A stretch of DNA of 64,000 nt, from NCBI GenBank assembly GCA_049840735.1, contig JASGJN010000021.1:160001-224000 (forward strand). Reading direction: 5' to 3'. Below the pieces are notes generated by a model. The model had not been told where the DNA came from. It saw only the letters and a list, made by a program, of their open reading frames with translations, and ran no database searches. Origin of the DNA: Anaeromyxobacter sp. Its GTDB lineage: Bacteria > Myxococcota > Myxococcia > Myxococcales > Anaeromyxobacteraceae. The number at the start of each line of letters is the position of its first letter. Positions within the stretch are counted from its first letter, which is position 1. Shown here piece by piece: positions 41,488 through 52,578 of this stretch. The position numbers and the translations under genes are program-made.

Positions 41488-42596
41488 TGAGCGCGTTCGA
41501 CCGCGGTGCCCTGGTGGACGCGTACCTTGGCCGTCGGGTGCTGGTCACCGGCCACACGGGCTTCAAGGGAAGCTGGCTCACCGCGTGGCTTTCGGAGCTG
41601 GGGGCCGAGGTCACCGGGTACGCGCTGCCGCCTGATACCGAACCGTCGATCTTCGGTGCCATCGGCGCTGCCGCCTTGTGCCGGAGCATCACCGGGGACG
41701 TGCGGGACGCCGACCGGCTGGCGCGCGAGGTTGCCGCCTTCCGGCCGCAGGTTGTCTTCCACCTGGCCGCGCAGCCCCTGGTGCGTCGCTCGTACCGAGA
41801 CCCGCTGGCCACGTTCCACACGAACGTGCTGGGAACGGCCAACCTTCTCGAGGCAATCCGGCGCTCGGGCCACGCCTGCGCCGTGGTCGTGGTGACCACC
41901 GACAAGTGCTACGACAACCGGGAATCCGACCTGGGCTACCGCGAGGATGATCGCCTCGGCGGTCATGATCCATACGCCGCCTCAAAGGCCGCCGCCGAGC
42001 TCGTCGTGGAGAGCTATCGCCGCTCGTTCTTCCCGGTCGAGCAGCAGGCCGTGCGCCTGGCAAGTGCACGGGCGGGGAACGTGATCGGCGGCGGCGACTG
42101 GTCGGCGGATCGCCTGGTCGTGGATGCCGTGCGGGCGCTCGAGGCCGGCCGGCCCGTCACCGTCAGGAACCCGCGATCGGTCAGACCCTGGCAGCACGTG
42201 CTCGAGCCGCTCGGGGGGTACCTGCTGCTCGGTGCGATGCTGGCGCGCGCGACGCCGGATCGCGCGGGCGCCCTCTGTCAGGCCTGGAACTTCGGCCCCC
42301 GCCCGCGTGACGCGCGCTCGGTGGGCGAGCTTGCGACGAAGCTGGTGGAGGTCTGGGGCTCGGGTGCGTGGGAAGAGCGGCCGGAGCCGAACGGGCCGCA
42401 CGAGGCGCGTGTGCTCCGCCTGTCCATCGAGAAGGCCGAGCGCGAACTCGGCTGGACGCCTCGCTGGCCGTTCGATGAGGCGGTGAAACGCACCGTTGAA
42501 TGGTACAGGGCCCACCGCACGATGGGCCCAGAGGCGCTGCTCGAGTTCACGCGCGAGCAGATCCGGGCCTACGAGAGCACCCCGGGCCAGGCGTGA
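41487..42596 (+). CDS. rfbG: CDP-glucose 4,6-dehydratase
   Basis: TGHTGFKGSWL, HLAAQPLV, TTDKCY, RAGNVIGGGDW, RPWQHVLEPL. Confidence 0.95.
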   Translation: MSAFDRGALVDAYLGRRVLVTGHTGFKGSWLTAWLSELGAEVTGYALPPDTEPSIFGAIGAAALCRSITGDVRDADRLAREVAAFRPQVVFHLAAQPLVRRSYRDPLATFHTNVLGTANLLEAIRRSGHACAVVVVTTDKCYDNRESDLGYREDDRLGGHDPYAASKAAAELVVESYRRSFFPVEQQAVRLASARAGNVIGGGDWSADRLVVDAVRALEAGRPVTVRNPRSVRPWQHVLEPLGGYLLLGAMLARATPDRAGALCQAWNFGPRPRDARSVGELATKLVEVWGSGAWEERPEPNGPHEARVLRLSIEKAERELGWTPRWPFDEAVKRTVEWYRAHRTMGPEALLEFTREQIRAYESTPGQA

Positions 42597-43507
42597 GCAC
42601 AAGGATCCTCATCACGGGCGCGTCGGGGTTCATCGGAGCCCACGTCGCCGGTCTGGCGGTGCGCCGCGGACTGGAGGTCCATGCGCTGGGCCGGTCCCCG
42701 ATCCCTGCCGCGAAGCGCACCTGGTCAGCCGATCTGCGAGATCTGACGGCGCTGCGTCGGGTGGTCGCCGAGGTCCGGCCCCGCGCGATCGTGCACCTGG
42801 CTGCGGGAGGCGTGGCCTACGGCACCGGCTCGGTCAGCGACCTGCTCGCCGTGAACACCCTGGCCTCTACCGTGCTCGTCGAGGCCAGCGGCGAGCTGGC
42901 GGAGCCGGCGCCGGTGATCATGGCGGGGTCCGGATTCGAGTACCGGCCGCAGGAGCGCCCGCATCGCGAGGACGATGCCCTGGGGTCCACCAGTCCTTAC
43001 GCCCTGAGCAAGATCGCCGCCGTCGAGGCAGCGCGTCTCCTCTCCGGGAAGGTGAGCGTCACCGTGCTCCGGCTGTTCGGGGTGTACGGGCCAGGGGAGC
43101 GTCCACCGCGGATTGTGCCGGCGGTCGTGGAGAGCGCCCGTCGGGGGTGTCCGATCGAGCTGACCTCGGGCGAGCAGGTGCGGGACTACGCCTACGTCGG
43201 GGATGTCGCCGAGGCCTTCCTCCGGTTCGTGGAGCTCGATCCCTCGCCGGGATTGCGCGTCGTGAACGTTGGCGCCGGGGTCCCCGTGCCGCTGAGAGTC
43301 ATGGTCGAGGCGCTGGCGGGCGCGCTCGCGCGGAAGGGAGTCGAGGCGCAGCTGCGCTTTGGCGCCAAGGCGCAGCGCGCGGACGAGCGATCCGTCTACG
43401 CCCCTGACATCTCGCTGCTCAGGGAGACGCTGGGGTGGGGCCCGTCCACGCCCCTGGACGAGGGGCTCGAACGCACCGTGGAGGCGATGCTTGTCCAGCC
43501 TGAATGA
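42593..43507 (+). CDS. NAD-dependent nucleotide-sugar reductase/epimerase
   Basis: ITGASGFIG, GSGFEY, YALSK, RLFGVYGPGE, GEQVRDY. Confidence 0.88.
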   Translation: MSTRILITGASGFIGAHVAGLAVRRGLEVHALGRSPIPAAKRTWSADLRDLTALRRVVAEVRPRAIVHLAAGGVAYGTGSVSDLLAVNTLASTVLVEASGELAEPAPVIMAGSGFEYRPQERPHREDDALGSTSPYALSKIAAVEAARLLSGKVSVTVLRLFGVYGPGERPPRIVPAVVESARRGCPIELTSGEQVRDYAYVGDVAEAFLRFVELDPSPGLRVVNVGAGVPVPLRVMVEALAGALARKGVEAQLRFGAKAQRADERSVYAPDISLLRETLGWGPSTPLDEGLERTVEAMLVQPE

Positions 43508-43910
43508 CGTCGAGCTGATCCCCCGGGCCTACCGCACCGATCCGAGGGGCTGGCTCCTGAAGGTGATCGACGGAGGGGAAGCAGGTCTGCCCGCCCGCGA
43601 GCACGAGGTCTACCTCACGCTGGCGCGACCGGGAGAGAGCCGCGGGGGGCATTTCCACCGGGCCGCCAGCGAGTGGTTCACGGTGGTCCAGGGTGCCGCC
43701 GACCTCGAGCTCGCCGACGTCGACACGGGGGCACGGCGCGTGATCCCGCTGGACGCAGCCCAGCCGACGACCGTCAGGGTTCCTCCAGGCGTAGCCCACA
43801 TCTTCCGGACGACGGGCCAGCGTGAGCTGCTGCTCGTCGCATTCACCGACCGGCGATACGAGCCTTCGGACACGGTCCCCTTTGCCTTCGACCGGGGGAG
43901 TGCCCTGTGA
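43491..43910 (+). CDS. Cupin-domain sugar isomerase/epimerase (WxcM/RmlC-like)
   Basis: TTG start after GGAGG; DPRG, RGGHFH...EWF, VPPGVAH. Confidence 0.8.
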   Translation: MSSLNDVELIPRAYRTDPRGWLLKVIDGGEAGLPAREHEVYLTLARPGESRGGHFHRAASEWFTVVQGAADLELADVDTGARRVIPLDAAQPTTVRVPPGVAHIFRTTGQRELLLVAFTDRRYEPSDTVPFAFDRGSAL

Positions 43911-45130
43911 CGGTCTCCGGGTTCGCCGGGCTCCGCGTCGCCTTCGTCTGTGACAGCCTCTCCCCGGAGGCGTCCGGGGGGCTGGTGGCGCGCCGGATGA
44001 TCTCGGCGCTCGTCGGCTGGGGGGCGCAGGTGCACGCGCTGGGCATCCGACCCAGCCGCGGCGGCCTGGTCCCCATCCCGGGCGCAGCGCTGCGGGAGGT
44101 CGCGCCCCGCGGGCCGATCGATCGTTCCCTGCAGCACTTCCTCCGTGGGCCGCTCGTTGCTGCCGCGACGGCGATGATGGAGGAGAGCGCGGCGCAGGTG
44201 GTGCACCTGGCCTCGCTGGAGTACGCCAAGCCCCGGTTCATCCTCGAGGAGGCGAGGCGGCGTGGCGCGCGCGTCGTCGTGCAGCCCTGGGTGCACAACT
44301 TCTACTGCGAGCAAGGTTACGACCTCCTCGGTGGCGGCGCGTGCGGGCGATGCGCCGGCGGGGCATTCCATCGTTCATGGGCGTCGGGTTGCGCGGCGGG
44401 AGTCGGGCAGGCGCTGCTCCACGGGACTGGGCGTGTGCTGCTGAGACGCGCGGTGTTGCAGGCAGACGCCGCGTACAGCACCAACACCCAGCTGGACTCG
44501 CGCCTGCGCGCCTACGGCCTTCCGCCCGAGCGGATTGTGCGGGGGCCGCTGCCCTTTCCAGGCGATCGGATCGAGGCACGCCACTGCGAGGACGGAGAGG
44601 AGTTCGTCTTTCACGGTCAGGCAAAGGCGATGAAGGGCTTTCCCTTGCTGGGCGAGATCGTCCGCCGGTGCTCCGGGGTGCGCTTCGGGATCTACCCGCT
44701 GGACGTGACGCCGGCGGTTCGCCAGCGCGCGGGGCTGGCCGAGCCGCTGCAAGCCGGCGTGCGGTTCGACGGCGACATCCGCTGGTCGACGGGGTTGGCC
44801 GCGCGGGTGGCGCGGGCACGGGGTGTCCTGCTGCCGAGCGTCTGGCCGAGCACGACGGAGTACGCGCTCCTCGAGGCCCTGGGGTGGGCGAAGCCGGTCA
44901 TCGCCTTCGACGTCGGCGTGAACCGGGACATCCTGGTCCACCGCGAGAACGCCATGGTCGTTCCAGCCGGAGATGTCGACGCCTACGCCGCGGCGATCCG
45001 GGAGCTGGACGCCGATCCGGCCCTGCGCCGCCGGGTCGGTGCCGGCGGGCGGCGGTTGTTCGACGCGCTCACCGCCGACGCGCCCCTGGCCACGGCGCTG
45101 GCTGCGGCGTACGGGATCGAGGCGGGATGA
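43907..45130 (+). CDS. Glycosyltransferase family 4
   Basis: KGF, LLPSVW, LLEALGWAKPVIAFDVG; Cys cluster C...CGRC...C. Confidence 0.85.
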   Translation: MTVSGFAGLRVAFVCDSLSPEASGGLVARRMISALVGWGAQVHALGIRPSRGGLVPIPGAALREVAPRGPIDRSLQHFLRGPLVAAATAMMEESAAQVVHLASLEYAKPRFILEEARRRGARVVVQPWVHNFYCEQGYDLLGGGACGRCAGGAFHRSWASGCAAGVGQALLHGTGRVLLRRAVLQADAAYSTNTQLDSRLRAYGLPPERIVRGPLPFPGDRIEARHCEDGEEFVFHGQAKAMKGFPLLGEIVRRCSGVRFGIYPLDVTPAVRQRAGLAEPLQAGVRFDGDIRWSTGLAARVARARGVLLPSVWPSTTEYALLEALGWAKPVIAFDVGVNRDILVHRENAMVVPAGDVDAYAAAIRELDADPALRRRVGAGGRRLFDALTADAPLATALAAAYGIEAG

Positions 45131-46695
45131 GCGCGCCCGCGGCTGGCTCGCGCGCGGACGCTGAAGCGGGAGCCCTCGGCGGCAAGGAGGGTCGCCGCCG
45201 CGTGGCGTGGCTCAACCTGTTCTTCAACTACGCCAATCTGGCCGTGACGCTCGTGAGCGGCATCCTGCTGGTGCCGGCGTACCTGAGGTCCTTCAGCCTC
45301 GGCACGTACGGCGCCTGGCTCGCGTCCGGCAACGTGCTCGGCATGGTGGGCGTGGTCGACGGCGGCGTGAACCTGGTCCTCTCGCAGCAGCTGGCCGCGC
45401 AGGCCGCTCGGGGCGACAAGGCGGGCTTTGCGCGCACCGTATCCGCGGGGCTGGGCGTGACCGCCGCGTCGGGGTTGCTCGTCGTCGGCCTGGGGCTGCT
45501 GCTGTCTCCGCATGTCCCGGGCTGGGTCAAGTGCCCGGCCGCCGACGCGGGGGCGCTGCGGTGGGCCTTCATGGTGGCCGCGGTCGGCACGGGGGCGTCC
45601 CTGCTGGCGCAGGGGCTGGGAGGTGTGCTCCAGGCGTGGGAGGCTCCCCGCGCGGCGGGTCTTGCCAACGTCACCGCCAGCGTGCTCGGGCTCGTCGCCA
45701 CCATCGTGGCCCTTGCGCTGGGGTGGGGGGTCACGTCGCTCGCGGTGGGCATGGCGATGCGCGGGGGGGCGGGTGTGCTTCTGGCCGGCGCGGCGGTCGT
45801 TCTCGGCTGGCGGCGCGCCAGGCTGCCACGGTTCCGGCTCGAACCGGCCGCGGCGGGCGCGCTGCTGCGGGCCTCGGCGCCTGTCTTCGCGAGTCGCGTC
45901 GGGACAGCGCTCCTCTCGAACTCCGAGTCCCTGATCCTGGCGGTGATCGCGAGCCCGACCCTGGCGGGCGTGGTCGCGTTGACGGGGCGGATCCACGGCT
46001 TCGCGGGCCTGCTGCTGGCGCCCATCGGCTCCTCGGCCTTCGCGGGCGTGGCCCGTCTCCAGGCGGCCGCACCACACGAGCGCGTCCGTGAGGTCCTTCG
46101 CGAGCTCTTCGGGCTTTCGGGCGCGGTCACGGCGTTGCTCCTGGGCGGCGCCGTTGCGGTCAACCCCGGCTTCGTGGGCCTGTGGGTGGGTGGGGACGCG
46201 TTCGGGGGCGAGCTGCTGAGCCTGGCCCTGGCGGTCTCGGCGGCGTGCACGGCGCGGTTCGGCCTCACCAACCTGATGCTGAACGCCCTGGGGCGTCCGA
46301 GCGGCGCCGCGTGGATCGCGCTGATCGAGGCCGCCGCCCGGATCCCATTGACCGTGGTGTTGGTGCATCACCTGGGGGCGATTGGACTCCCGATCGCCGC
46401 CATCGCCACGGCCGTCGGGGTCAGCGGCGTCCTGTATGCGGGGCAGCTCCGCGTGGCCCTTGGAGGAGACGGCTTCAGGGTGCTGACCGCAGGGGTGGGA
46501 ACGCCAGTCGTGGCGCTAGGCCTGGGCGCAGCGGGGGCCGCGGTTTGGGTGGCGACCACCTGGCTCGGGTGGGTGGCGGGTGGAGCGTTCGTCGGAGTGG
46601 TGCTTGCGGCGACGGTGCTCGGCCTGTCCTGGCCAGCACGGTCGGCGGCGGCGAGGCTGCTCGCGAGGCCCGGGATGGACGGAGGCCTGCGGTGA
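45127..46695 (+). CDS. Polysaccharide flippase (Wzx-like)
   Basis: Many TM helices; YGAWL...VDGGV N-terminal flippase motif; FVGLWVG. Confidence 0.8.
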   Translation: MSAPAAGSRADAEAGALGGKEGRRRVAWLNLFFNYANLAVTLVSGILLVPAYLRSFSLGTYGAWLASGNVLGMVGVVDGGVNLVLSQQLAAQAARGDKAGFARTVSAGLGVTAASGLLVVGLGLLLSPHVPGWVKCPAADAGALRWAFMVAAVGTGASLLAQGLGGVLQAWEAPRAAGLANVTASVLGLVATIVALALGWGVTSLAVGMAMRGGAGVLLAGAAVVLGWRRARLPRFRLEPAAAGALLRASAPVFASRVGTALLSNSESLILAVIASPTLAGVVALTGRIHGFAGLLLAPIGSSAFAGVARLQAAAPHERVREVLRELFGLSGAVTALLLGGAVAVNPGFVGLWVGGDAFGGELLSLALAVSAACTARFGLTNLMLNALGRPSGAAWIALIEAAARIPLTVVLVHHLGAIGLPIAAIATAVGVSGVLYAGQLRVALGGDGFRVLTAGVGTPVVALGLGAAGAAVWVATTWLGWVAGGAFVGVVLAATVLGLSWPARSAAARLLARPGMDGGLR

Positions 46696-48111
46696 GGCAG
46701 CTCAGGGGAATCCTCCCGGAGGCACCGCGGCCTGTCGCGTCCGCGACGCCGGCAGTGCGCGACGCGGCAGACGATCCCGGTCTGGGCCATCGCACGATCC
46801 GCTTCCTGTTCTGGATCGCGGCACTTCCCGTCCTCTTCGTGGTCCTCTGCCTGCAGATCCCGCAAGAGGCCGTGCCGCCCGAGTTTGGGATCGTGGCCTC
46901 CGCGGTCGTGTGCGGGGTCTGGCTCTGGGCCATCGGCCTGCTCCTCCGCCGCTACAGGCTCCGGTTCCCGGTCCGGCTTTCGACGGTGGCGCTCATCGCC
47001 GCCGCGAAGGTGGCCGTCGGTCTCTGGTACTGGCACACCTACCTCTACGACCTGGAGTCGGGCCGACCCCGCATCGAGTTCGTGCAGCTCGAGAGCTACG
47101 GCGAGCGGCGTGCGGACGTGGAGTCGCTCTTCCAGATCATCCGCATCTTCGATCAGTCAGGGGTCCACTACATCACGCCCGCGGAGGCGAACCTCTCCAT
47201 CAACAACCGGCCCCCCGCCCATGTCTCGGCGATCATCGTCCGGGCCTTCGGCGAGCAGGTCCCGGCCCTCTTCCCGTTCCACGCCTTGCTGGCCGCCGCG
47301 GCGGCGATCGCACTGACCCTCACGGCCCGCCTCCTGGGCGTCCAGGGCGCACGACTCCGGACATGCGCTCTCGTGCTCCTGCTCTGGCCCTACAGCTGGC
47401 AGGTCGCCATGGCGGGCAAGGACCTGATGCTGATGGCGCTGGTGGGCATCTGCGCAGCGGTGCTGGTGGCGGGAGAGCGGGTAGGGACGAAGTTCCCGTG
47501 GGGCGTCCTCTACGCGTTCTGCGTTCTCCCGCTCTTCCGCCCCGTCTACGCGCTGGTCTGCGCGGCGCTGGGGACGTCACTCCTGCTGCGCAGGAAGGTC
47601 TCCCTGGTCGTCAAGTTCTTCGGGCTCCTGCTGGTGGTCGGCCTGGGGGCAGGACTGACGCTGGGCCTTTCGCTCGAGGAGAACGTGGCCCAGCACGCCA
47701 CCTGGGCGCCGAACGAGAGCCGGCTGCTCACGGTACCGATCTTCGGAAAGAATCGTCTTCGGCCTGGGCACGCCGTTCCCATGGACCCAGGTGGCCGACG
47801 GCTGGTGGAAGTACCCGATGGTCTTCCTCTTCGCGCAACAGGTGATGACACTTGCCACCTTGGCGTGCATCCTCCACTCCGCGGGGGTGAAGGTCATCCG
47901 TCGTGTCCCCGACCTCGGCGTGCTGCTCGGCGTCGGCCTGCTCGTGGGCGGCCTCGCCGTTCCCAACACCCAGGCGCTGTACGTCCAGGTGGGCGTGATC
48001 GCGATGGTGCCCTTTGCCGTCGCGCAGGCGAGGCGGTCATTCGACTATTTCGTGCGGGCGTCCCTGGCGGCCTTCGTCGCCGGCAACGCCCTCTGGGTGT
48101 TGATCCGCTGA
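46692..48111 (+). CDS. Polytopic membrane protein, probable Wzy polymerase (frameshift ~47751)
   Basis: Multiple TMs, periplasmic loop, KD motif; position after wzx; continues into ORF 47791..48111. Confidence 0.6.
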
Positions 48112-48118
48112 GGCACAC

Positions 48119-49303
48119 ATGAGCCTGCTCGATGGCCTGCGGCGCGGGACCGCTTACAGGATCTGGCGAAGCTGGCGCGGCGGGCAGCAGCTGCGCCAGT
48201 TCGAGGAGCTGATCCGGCGAGCCCCGGGGGCGCCGCCCTTCGAGCTGACCGACGCCCGGGCGCGGTTGGACGCGCGCCGCCAGGACCGCAGGCCCCTCGG
48301 CGCCACGGCGCGATTCGCGGTCTTCGGCACGAATCACTGGGAGCAGAATGGGCTCTGGCCCGCGCTGCGGACCGTCGGCGCCGAGGTCTTCTTCGACTAC
48401 CTGGCTGCTCCAGCGGCGCGCGCCGGCGATGGAGGAAAGGCGCTCGGGCGGTCCTTCCTCAGGGTCCTCGACGACGCCGAGCGCTCAGGAGGGCCCATCT
48501 CCCTGGTCTTCTTCTACGCCGCGGGCTTCTGGCTGGATGACGCCATGCTGGCGGAGCTGCGCGCTCGCGGAATCTGGACCGTGCTCCTCGCCCTCGATGA
48601 CAAGCAACAGCTCTTCGCTCCCCCACGCGAGGGCGTGCGCGAGTGGCAGGCGCGAGCAGCGCGCGGGGTCGATCTCTACTGGACGACGTGGCGGAGCGCG
48701 ATCGATTGGCTGGCCGCCGAGGGCGCCACCCCCTGGTACGCCCCCGCCGGCGCAGATCCCCGGCTCTTCCGGCCGGTCCCGGCGCGGCGAGACCTCGACG
48801 TGGTGTGGGTCGGCCGTGGTTACGGTCCCAGGTACGACCTCGTCCGCTCACTCAGACGCCGCGGGTTCGCGGTGCAGGCATACGGCCCAGGCTGGGAGGG
48901 CGGCCCAGTGCCATTCGAGGAGATGATGGCGCTGTATGGGCGGGCCGCGGTGGTGCTCGGAATGGGAGGCGTCGGGCAGACTGACGCATTCAAGCACCTC
49001 AAGGGCAGGGACTTCGAGGTGCCAATGAGCGGCGCGCTCTACCTGACCAGCTTCAATCCAGAGCTCACGGACCACTTCCGCGTCGGCGAGGAGATCCTGT
49101 GCTACAGCTCTGTCGCCGAGTGCGCCGACGTGCTGCGCTGGGTGCTGGCGCGGCCGGATCTTGCAGAACGGATCCGCGCAGCGGCGAGGGCGCGGAGCTT
49201 GAGGGATCACACGTGGGACGCTCGGATGCGAACCATGCTGGACCTGCTGGGCTCTGAGCGAGCGGGTCGTCCGGGCGCAGGGCTTGGAGGGACGAGACCA
49301 TGA
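48119..49303 (+). CDS. CgeB-like glycosyltransferase
   Basis: DVVWVG, YGPGW, KGRDFEVPMSG, DHTWDAR. Confidence 0.85.
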   Translation: MSLLDGLRRGTAYRIWRSWRGGQQLRQFEELIRRAPGAPPFELTDARARLDARRQDRRPLGATARFAVFGTNHWEQNGLWPALRTVGAEVFFDYLAAPAARAGDGGKALGRSFLRVLDDAERSGGPISLVFFYAAGFWLDDAMLAELRARGIWTVLLALDDKQQLFAPPREGVREWQARAARGVDLYWTTWRSAIDWLAAEGATPWYAPAGADPRLFRPVPARRDLDVVWVGRGYGPRYDLVRSLRRRGFAVQAYGPGWEGGPVPFEEMMALYGRAAVVLGMGGVGQTDAFKHLKGRDFEVPMSGALYLTSFNPELTDHFRVGEEILCYSSVAECADVLRWVLARPDLAERIRAAARARSLRDHTWDARMRTMLDLLGSERAGRPGAGLGGTRP

Positions 49304-50277
49304 GCGGATCATCCAGGAAGTTGCGCGACCGGCTGGTTCACCGCGTACCCCTCCACATCCCCGGCTTCGATAGATTCACGAGCATCGGGGCGCCCCAGCA
49401 CGACGCGCCAGCGGTGATGCTGTGGAACAGCCCGCGGGACTCGCGCGAATGGTATGCGGGATTCCGGGATCGGGTGCTGGGCCAGCTCGGGAGCGGCCGT
49501 CACCTCCCCATCTATCGGATGAGCCACGGCGAGTACATCGCGATGGTCGGCTATCGCGATCGCCCGCTGGGCCGGGTCCGCAGGCTCGTGAGCAAGCTCC
49601 TCGGGAAGCAGAAGGCCTTCAAGAGTGGCGATCCGCTCTACGGCTGGGAGCAGTACACCTCGGAGGAGCTGGCGGAGGTGCGACGCCGCCTCCCCGGACT
49701 GCTGAAGCAGCTCGCCGGCGAGGGCATCCTGGCCATCGCGCTGTATCCGGAGGCCCCTGGATACGCACCGTTCCTGGCGCCGGCGCTGGACTACCTCGAT
49801 GGGCTCGGCATCGACCTCTCCGACGCGAACGCGGCGCCGTTCTATTTCGTCTATGCCCTGCTGCTGGGGCCGGACGCGGCCGAGGTGTTTCGCGGTCGGA
49901 GCGTCCTGATCGTCACGGGACCCACCCACGAGAAGTTCGAGAAGCTCGACCGGGCGCTTCGGGCGCGTGGAGTGCGCGACGTGACCTTCCTCCCCTGTCA
50001 TCCGCAGAAGTCGATGTTCGACAAGATCGATGTTGCCAGCATCGAGCGGCCAGTGGACGTGGTCCTCGTCGGGGCCGGCGTGGGTGCCGCCAACGTTCTT
50101 GATCAGCTCCGGCCGCTGGGCGCAGTGTGCATCGACGCCGGTTACTGCCTGACCGTCCTGGGTGAGCCCAACCTTCCGCGGCGCGCGTACGCCCTGCCGG
50201 ACGCGGACTTCGACCGGTACGCGCTGGCAGACGTTCCGCCCGAGCTGGCAAGTCGGGCGCGCGGTGGCGGCGCCTAG
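49300..50277 (+). CDS. Hypothetical protein, possibly GT-D fold glycosyltransferase
   Basis: IYRMSHGE near N-terminus and DVVLVGAG...CIDAG near C-terminus resemble GT-D-like proteins. Confidence 0.55.
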   Translation: MSGSSRKLRDRLVHRVPLHIPGFDRFTSIGAPQHDAPAVMLWNSPRDSREWYAGFRDRVLGQLGSGRHLPIYRMSHGEYIAMVGYRDRPLGRVRRLVSKLLGKQKAFKSGDPLYGWEQYTSEELAEVRRRLPGLLKQLAGEGILAIALYPEAPGYAPFLAPALDYLDGLGIDLSDANAAPFYFVYALLLGPDAAEVFRGRSVLIVTGPTHEKFEKLDRALRARGVRDVTFLPCHPQKSMFDKIDVASIERPVDVVLVGAGVGAANVLDQLRPLGAVCIDAGYCLTVLGEPNLPRRAYALPDADFDRYALADVPPELASRARGGGA

Positions 50278-50280
50278 CCC

Positions 50281-51424
50281 GTGGGGTACTCGTCTCCAGA
50301 GGTGCTGTGGATCGGGCCGGTCGTCGGCGAGGCAACCATGCTCCGGTCTGCGGCCGTGAGCCCCGCCGCGAATCGGTGGCAGTCGGGCCTGCTGAAGGGG
50401 CTCGAGGCCACGGGGTGTCTGCGCCGGCTGCTCACCCACGTACCAGTGCGTGTCTGGCCGCGCGGGCCCATCCGCAGCGCTGCCCCGGACGTGGCCCAGG
50501 GCTTCCTGGGCGGTCGCGTCCAGGGAGTCAGGACCTGGAACTGGCCAGGCGCGAGGGAGGCGGGGGTCGCCGCTGCACTGTGGGCGGCAGTCAAGGACGA
50601 GCTCGAGGCGGGGCGCGGCTCCGCTTCGGTGATCATGACCTACAACGCGCCCGCCGCGTATGCGTGGATCGCTCGTCGAGCCCAGGCGCGGTATCGATCC
50701 CGCTGGGTACCGGTGATCGCCGATGTCCCCGACCATCCCGCCGCTCATCGACGGCACGTCGAGCGCGTGGCGCACGCCGAGGCCCACGTGTTGCTGTCGT
50801 GGAGCGCCTACGAGGCCTCCTCGATGGCGAAGCTGCACCTCGACGGTGGCGTCGAGGGCACGCGCCCCAGGGCTCTTGCTGCCGAGCCGCCCGCGTTCCT
50901 GTTCAGCGGAGCCATGTCGAGCTACGGAGGTGTGGAGCTCGTCCTCCGGGCCTTCGAGCTCCTGCGAGACCTGCCGGCCCAGCTCTGGATTCTGCGGCAA
51001 GGGTCACAACGAGCTGGTCGGGCGGGCCGTGGCGCGAGATTCGCGCATTCGCTTCTTCGGGCTCGTACCGGAGGCCGAGCTGGAGCGCCTGGCCGGATTG
51101 GCGACCGCATTCCTCAACCCACGGCCTCCTGAGCTGACGGCGAGCGCGCACAACTTCCCTTCCAAGGTTCTCGAGTACCTGTCCTACGGTCACCCGGTGG
51201 TGAGCACGTGGACGCCGGGCCTTTCGCCGGAGTACCGCGATGTGCTGGTGCTGACGGACGCTCGGGCGGAGGATCTCGCTCTACGCATGCGCGAGGTCGT
51301 GGCCTGGGACGAGGGAACGCGAGCCTCGTACCGGAGCCGTGCCCAGGCCTTCCTCGCCTCACGCACCTGGACCGCGCAGGCCCAGCGGCTGGCAACCTTC
51401 CTGACCGAGGTCGTGAACAGATGA
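50281..51424 (+). CDS. Glycosyltransferase family 4 (frameshift ~50990)
   Basis: FLFSGAM...GV, then CGKG, LNPR, FPSKVLEY in the +1 frame. Confidence 0.85.
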
Positions 51425-52578
51425 GCGACCGATCGTTCGAGGTCGTCCACAACATCCCTAGCCCGTACCGGCTTCACCTGTTCCGAACGCTCGGGGAGGA
51501 ACTTGCCGTTCGCGGATACCGGTTCCGGGTCCACTTCATGGCCGCTGGCCATGCGGACCGGCAGCACTGGAAGTTGAGTGCGCCCGACCTCGGCTTCGAG
51601 CATCGGTTCTGGCCGGATCTTCCTCTCCGTGTGCGAGGAAAGGCCTGGCACCTGAACCCCACGCTCCTGGCGCACCTCGTGGGGTCAGCGCCCGACGTGT
51701 TGATGGTCGGAGGGCCGTGGGACTCCCTGACCGCGATGCTCGGGTCGGCCGTTCGGCGGGCGCGGCTCCGGGTGGCCTGGTTCGAGGGGAATACCTCCAC
51801 CCCGGGGCGGGTGGCCGGGCTGCCGGTGTTGTTCAAGCGTGCGCTGCTCGCGGGTTACCACCGGTTCGCCGTGCCGGGGCGCGAGGGGGTTGCCTTCGCA
51901 CGCCTCATCGCGGGACCTGCGGCAGAGAGGCGTTCCCTCGTCCTGCCCAACATCGTGGATGAGAAGCGCTTCCGCGAAGAGCGGCCCCAAGAGGCCGCCG
52001 CGGTGAGGGCTGAACTCGGGGTGCGGGCAGGGGAGAGGCTGGCGATCTGGCCGGCCCGGCTCATCCGGGCGAAGGGCGTCCCCGAGTTCCTGTCGAACCT
52101 GCACCCCACGTACCTCGAGGGATGGCGGCTGGCCATCATCGGCGAGGGTCCGCTGGAACGAACCGCTCGACAGATATGCAGCGAGCGCGGGCTCTCGGAG
52201 AGGGTCGTCTTCAAGCCCTCGATCCCTTACGAACGGATGCCGGCGGCGTACCAAGCCGCCGATCTCTTCGTGCTGCCCTCGCTCAATGACCAGAATCCGC
52301 TGTCGGTGGTGGAGGCGATGCACAGCGGGTTGCCGATCCTCGTCTCGACGCGCATCGGTAATCACCCGGAGGCGCTGGGGGACGGGGCGAACGGTTGGTC
52401 CTTCGACCCTGCGGATGGCGCGGCGGCGCGCGCCGCTGCTGCTGCGGCCTTCGGCAGCCCCGAGGCTGAGCTGCGCCAGCGCGGCGAGGTCTCGCGTCGC
52501 AAGGCGTTTGAGCACTGGAACAGCAGGTCCACCGTGACGCGCTTCCTTTCAGGACTGCTTGGAGAGCGTGACGAGTGA
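51421..52578 (+). CDS. Glycosyltransferase family 4
   Basis: NIPSPYR, RLIRAKG, IGEGP, ADLFVLPS, VEAMHSGLP. Confidence 0.9.
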   Translation: MSDRSFEVVHNIPSPYRLHLFRTLGEELAVRGYRFRVHFMAAGHADRQHWKLSAPDLGFEHRFWPDLPLRVRGKAWHLNPTLLAHLVGSAPDVLMVGGPWDSLTAMLGSAVRRARLRVAWFEGNTSTPGRVAGLPVLFKRALLAGYHRFAVPGREGVAFARLIAGPAAERRSLVLPNIVDEKRFREERPQEAAAVRAELGVRAGERLAIWPARLIRAKGVPEFLSNLHPTYLEGWRLAIIGEGPLERTARQICSERGLSERVVFKPSIPYERMPAAYQAADLFVLPSLNDQNPLSVVEAMHSGLPILVSTRIGNHPEALGDGANGWSFDPADGAAARAAAAAAFGSPEAELRQRGEVSRRKAFEHWNSRSTVTRFLSGLLGERDE

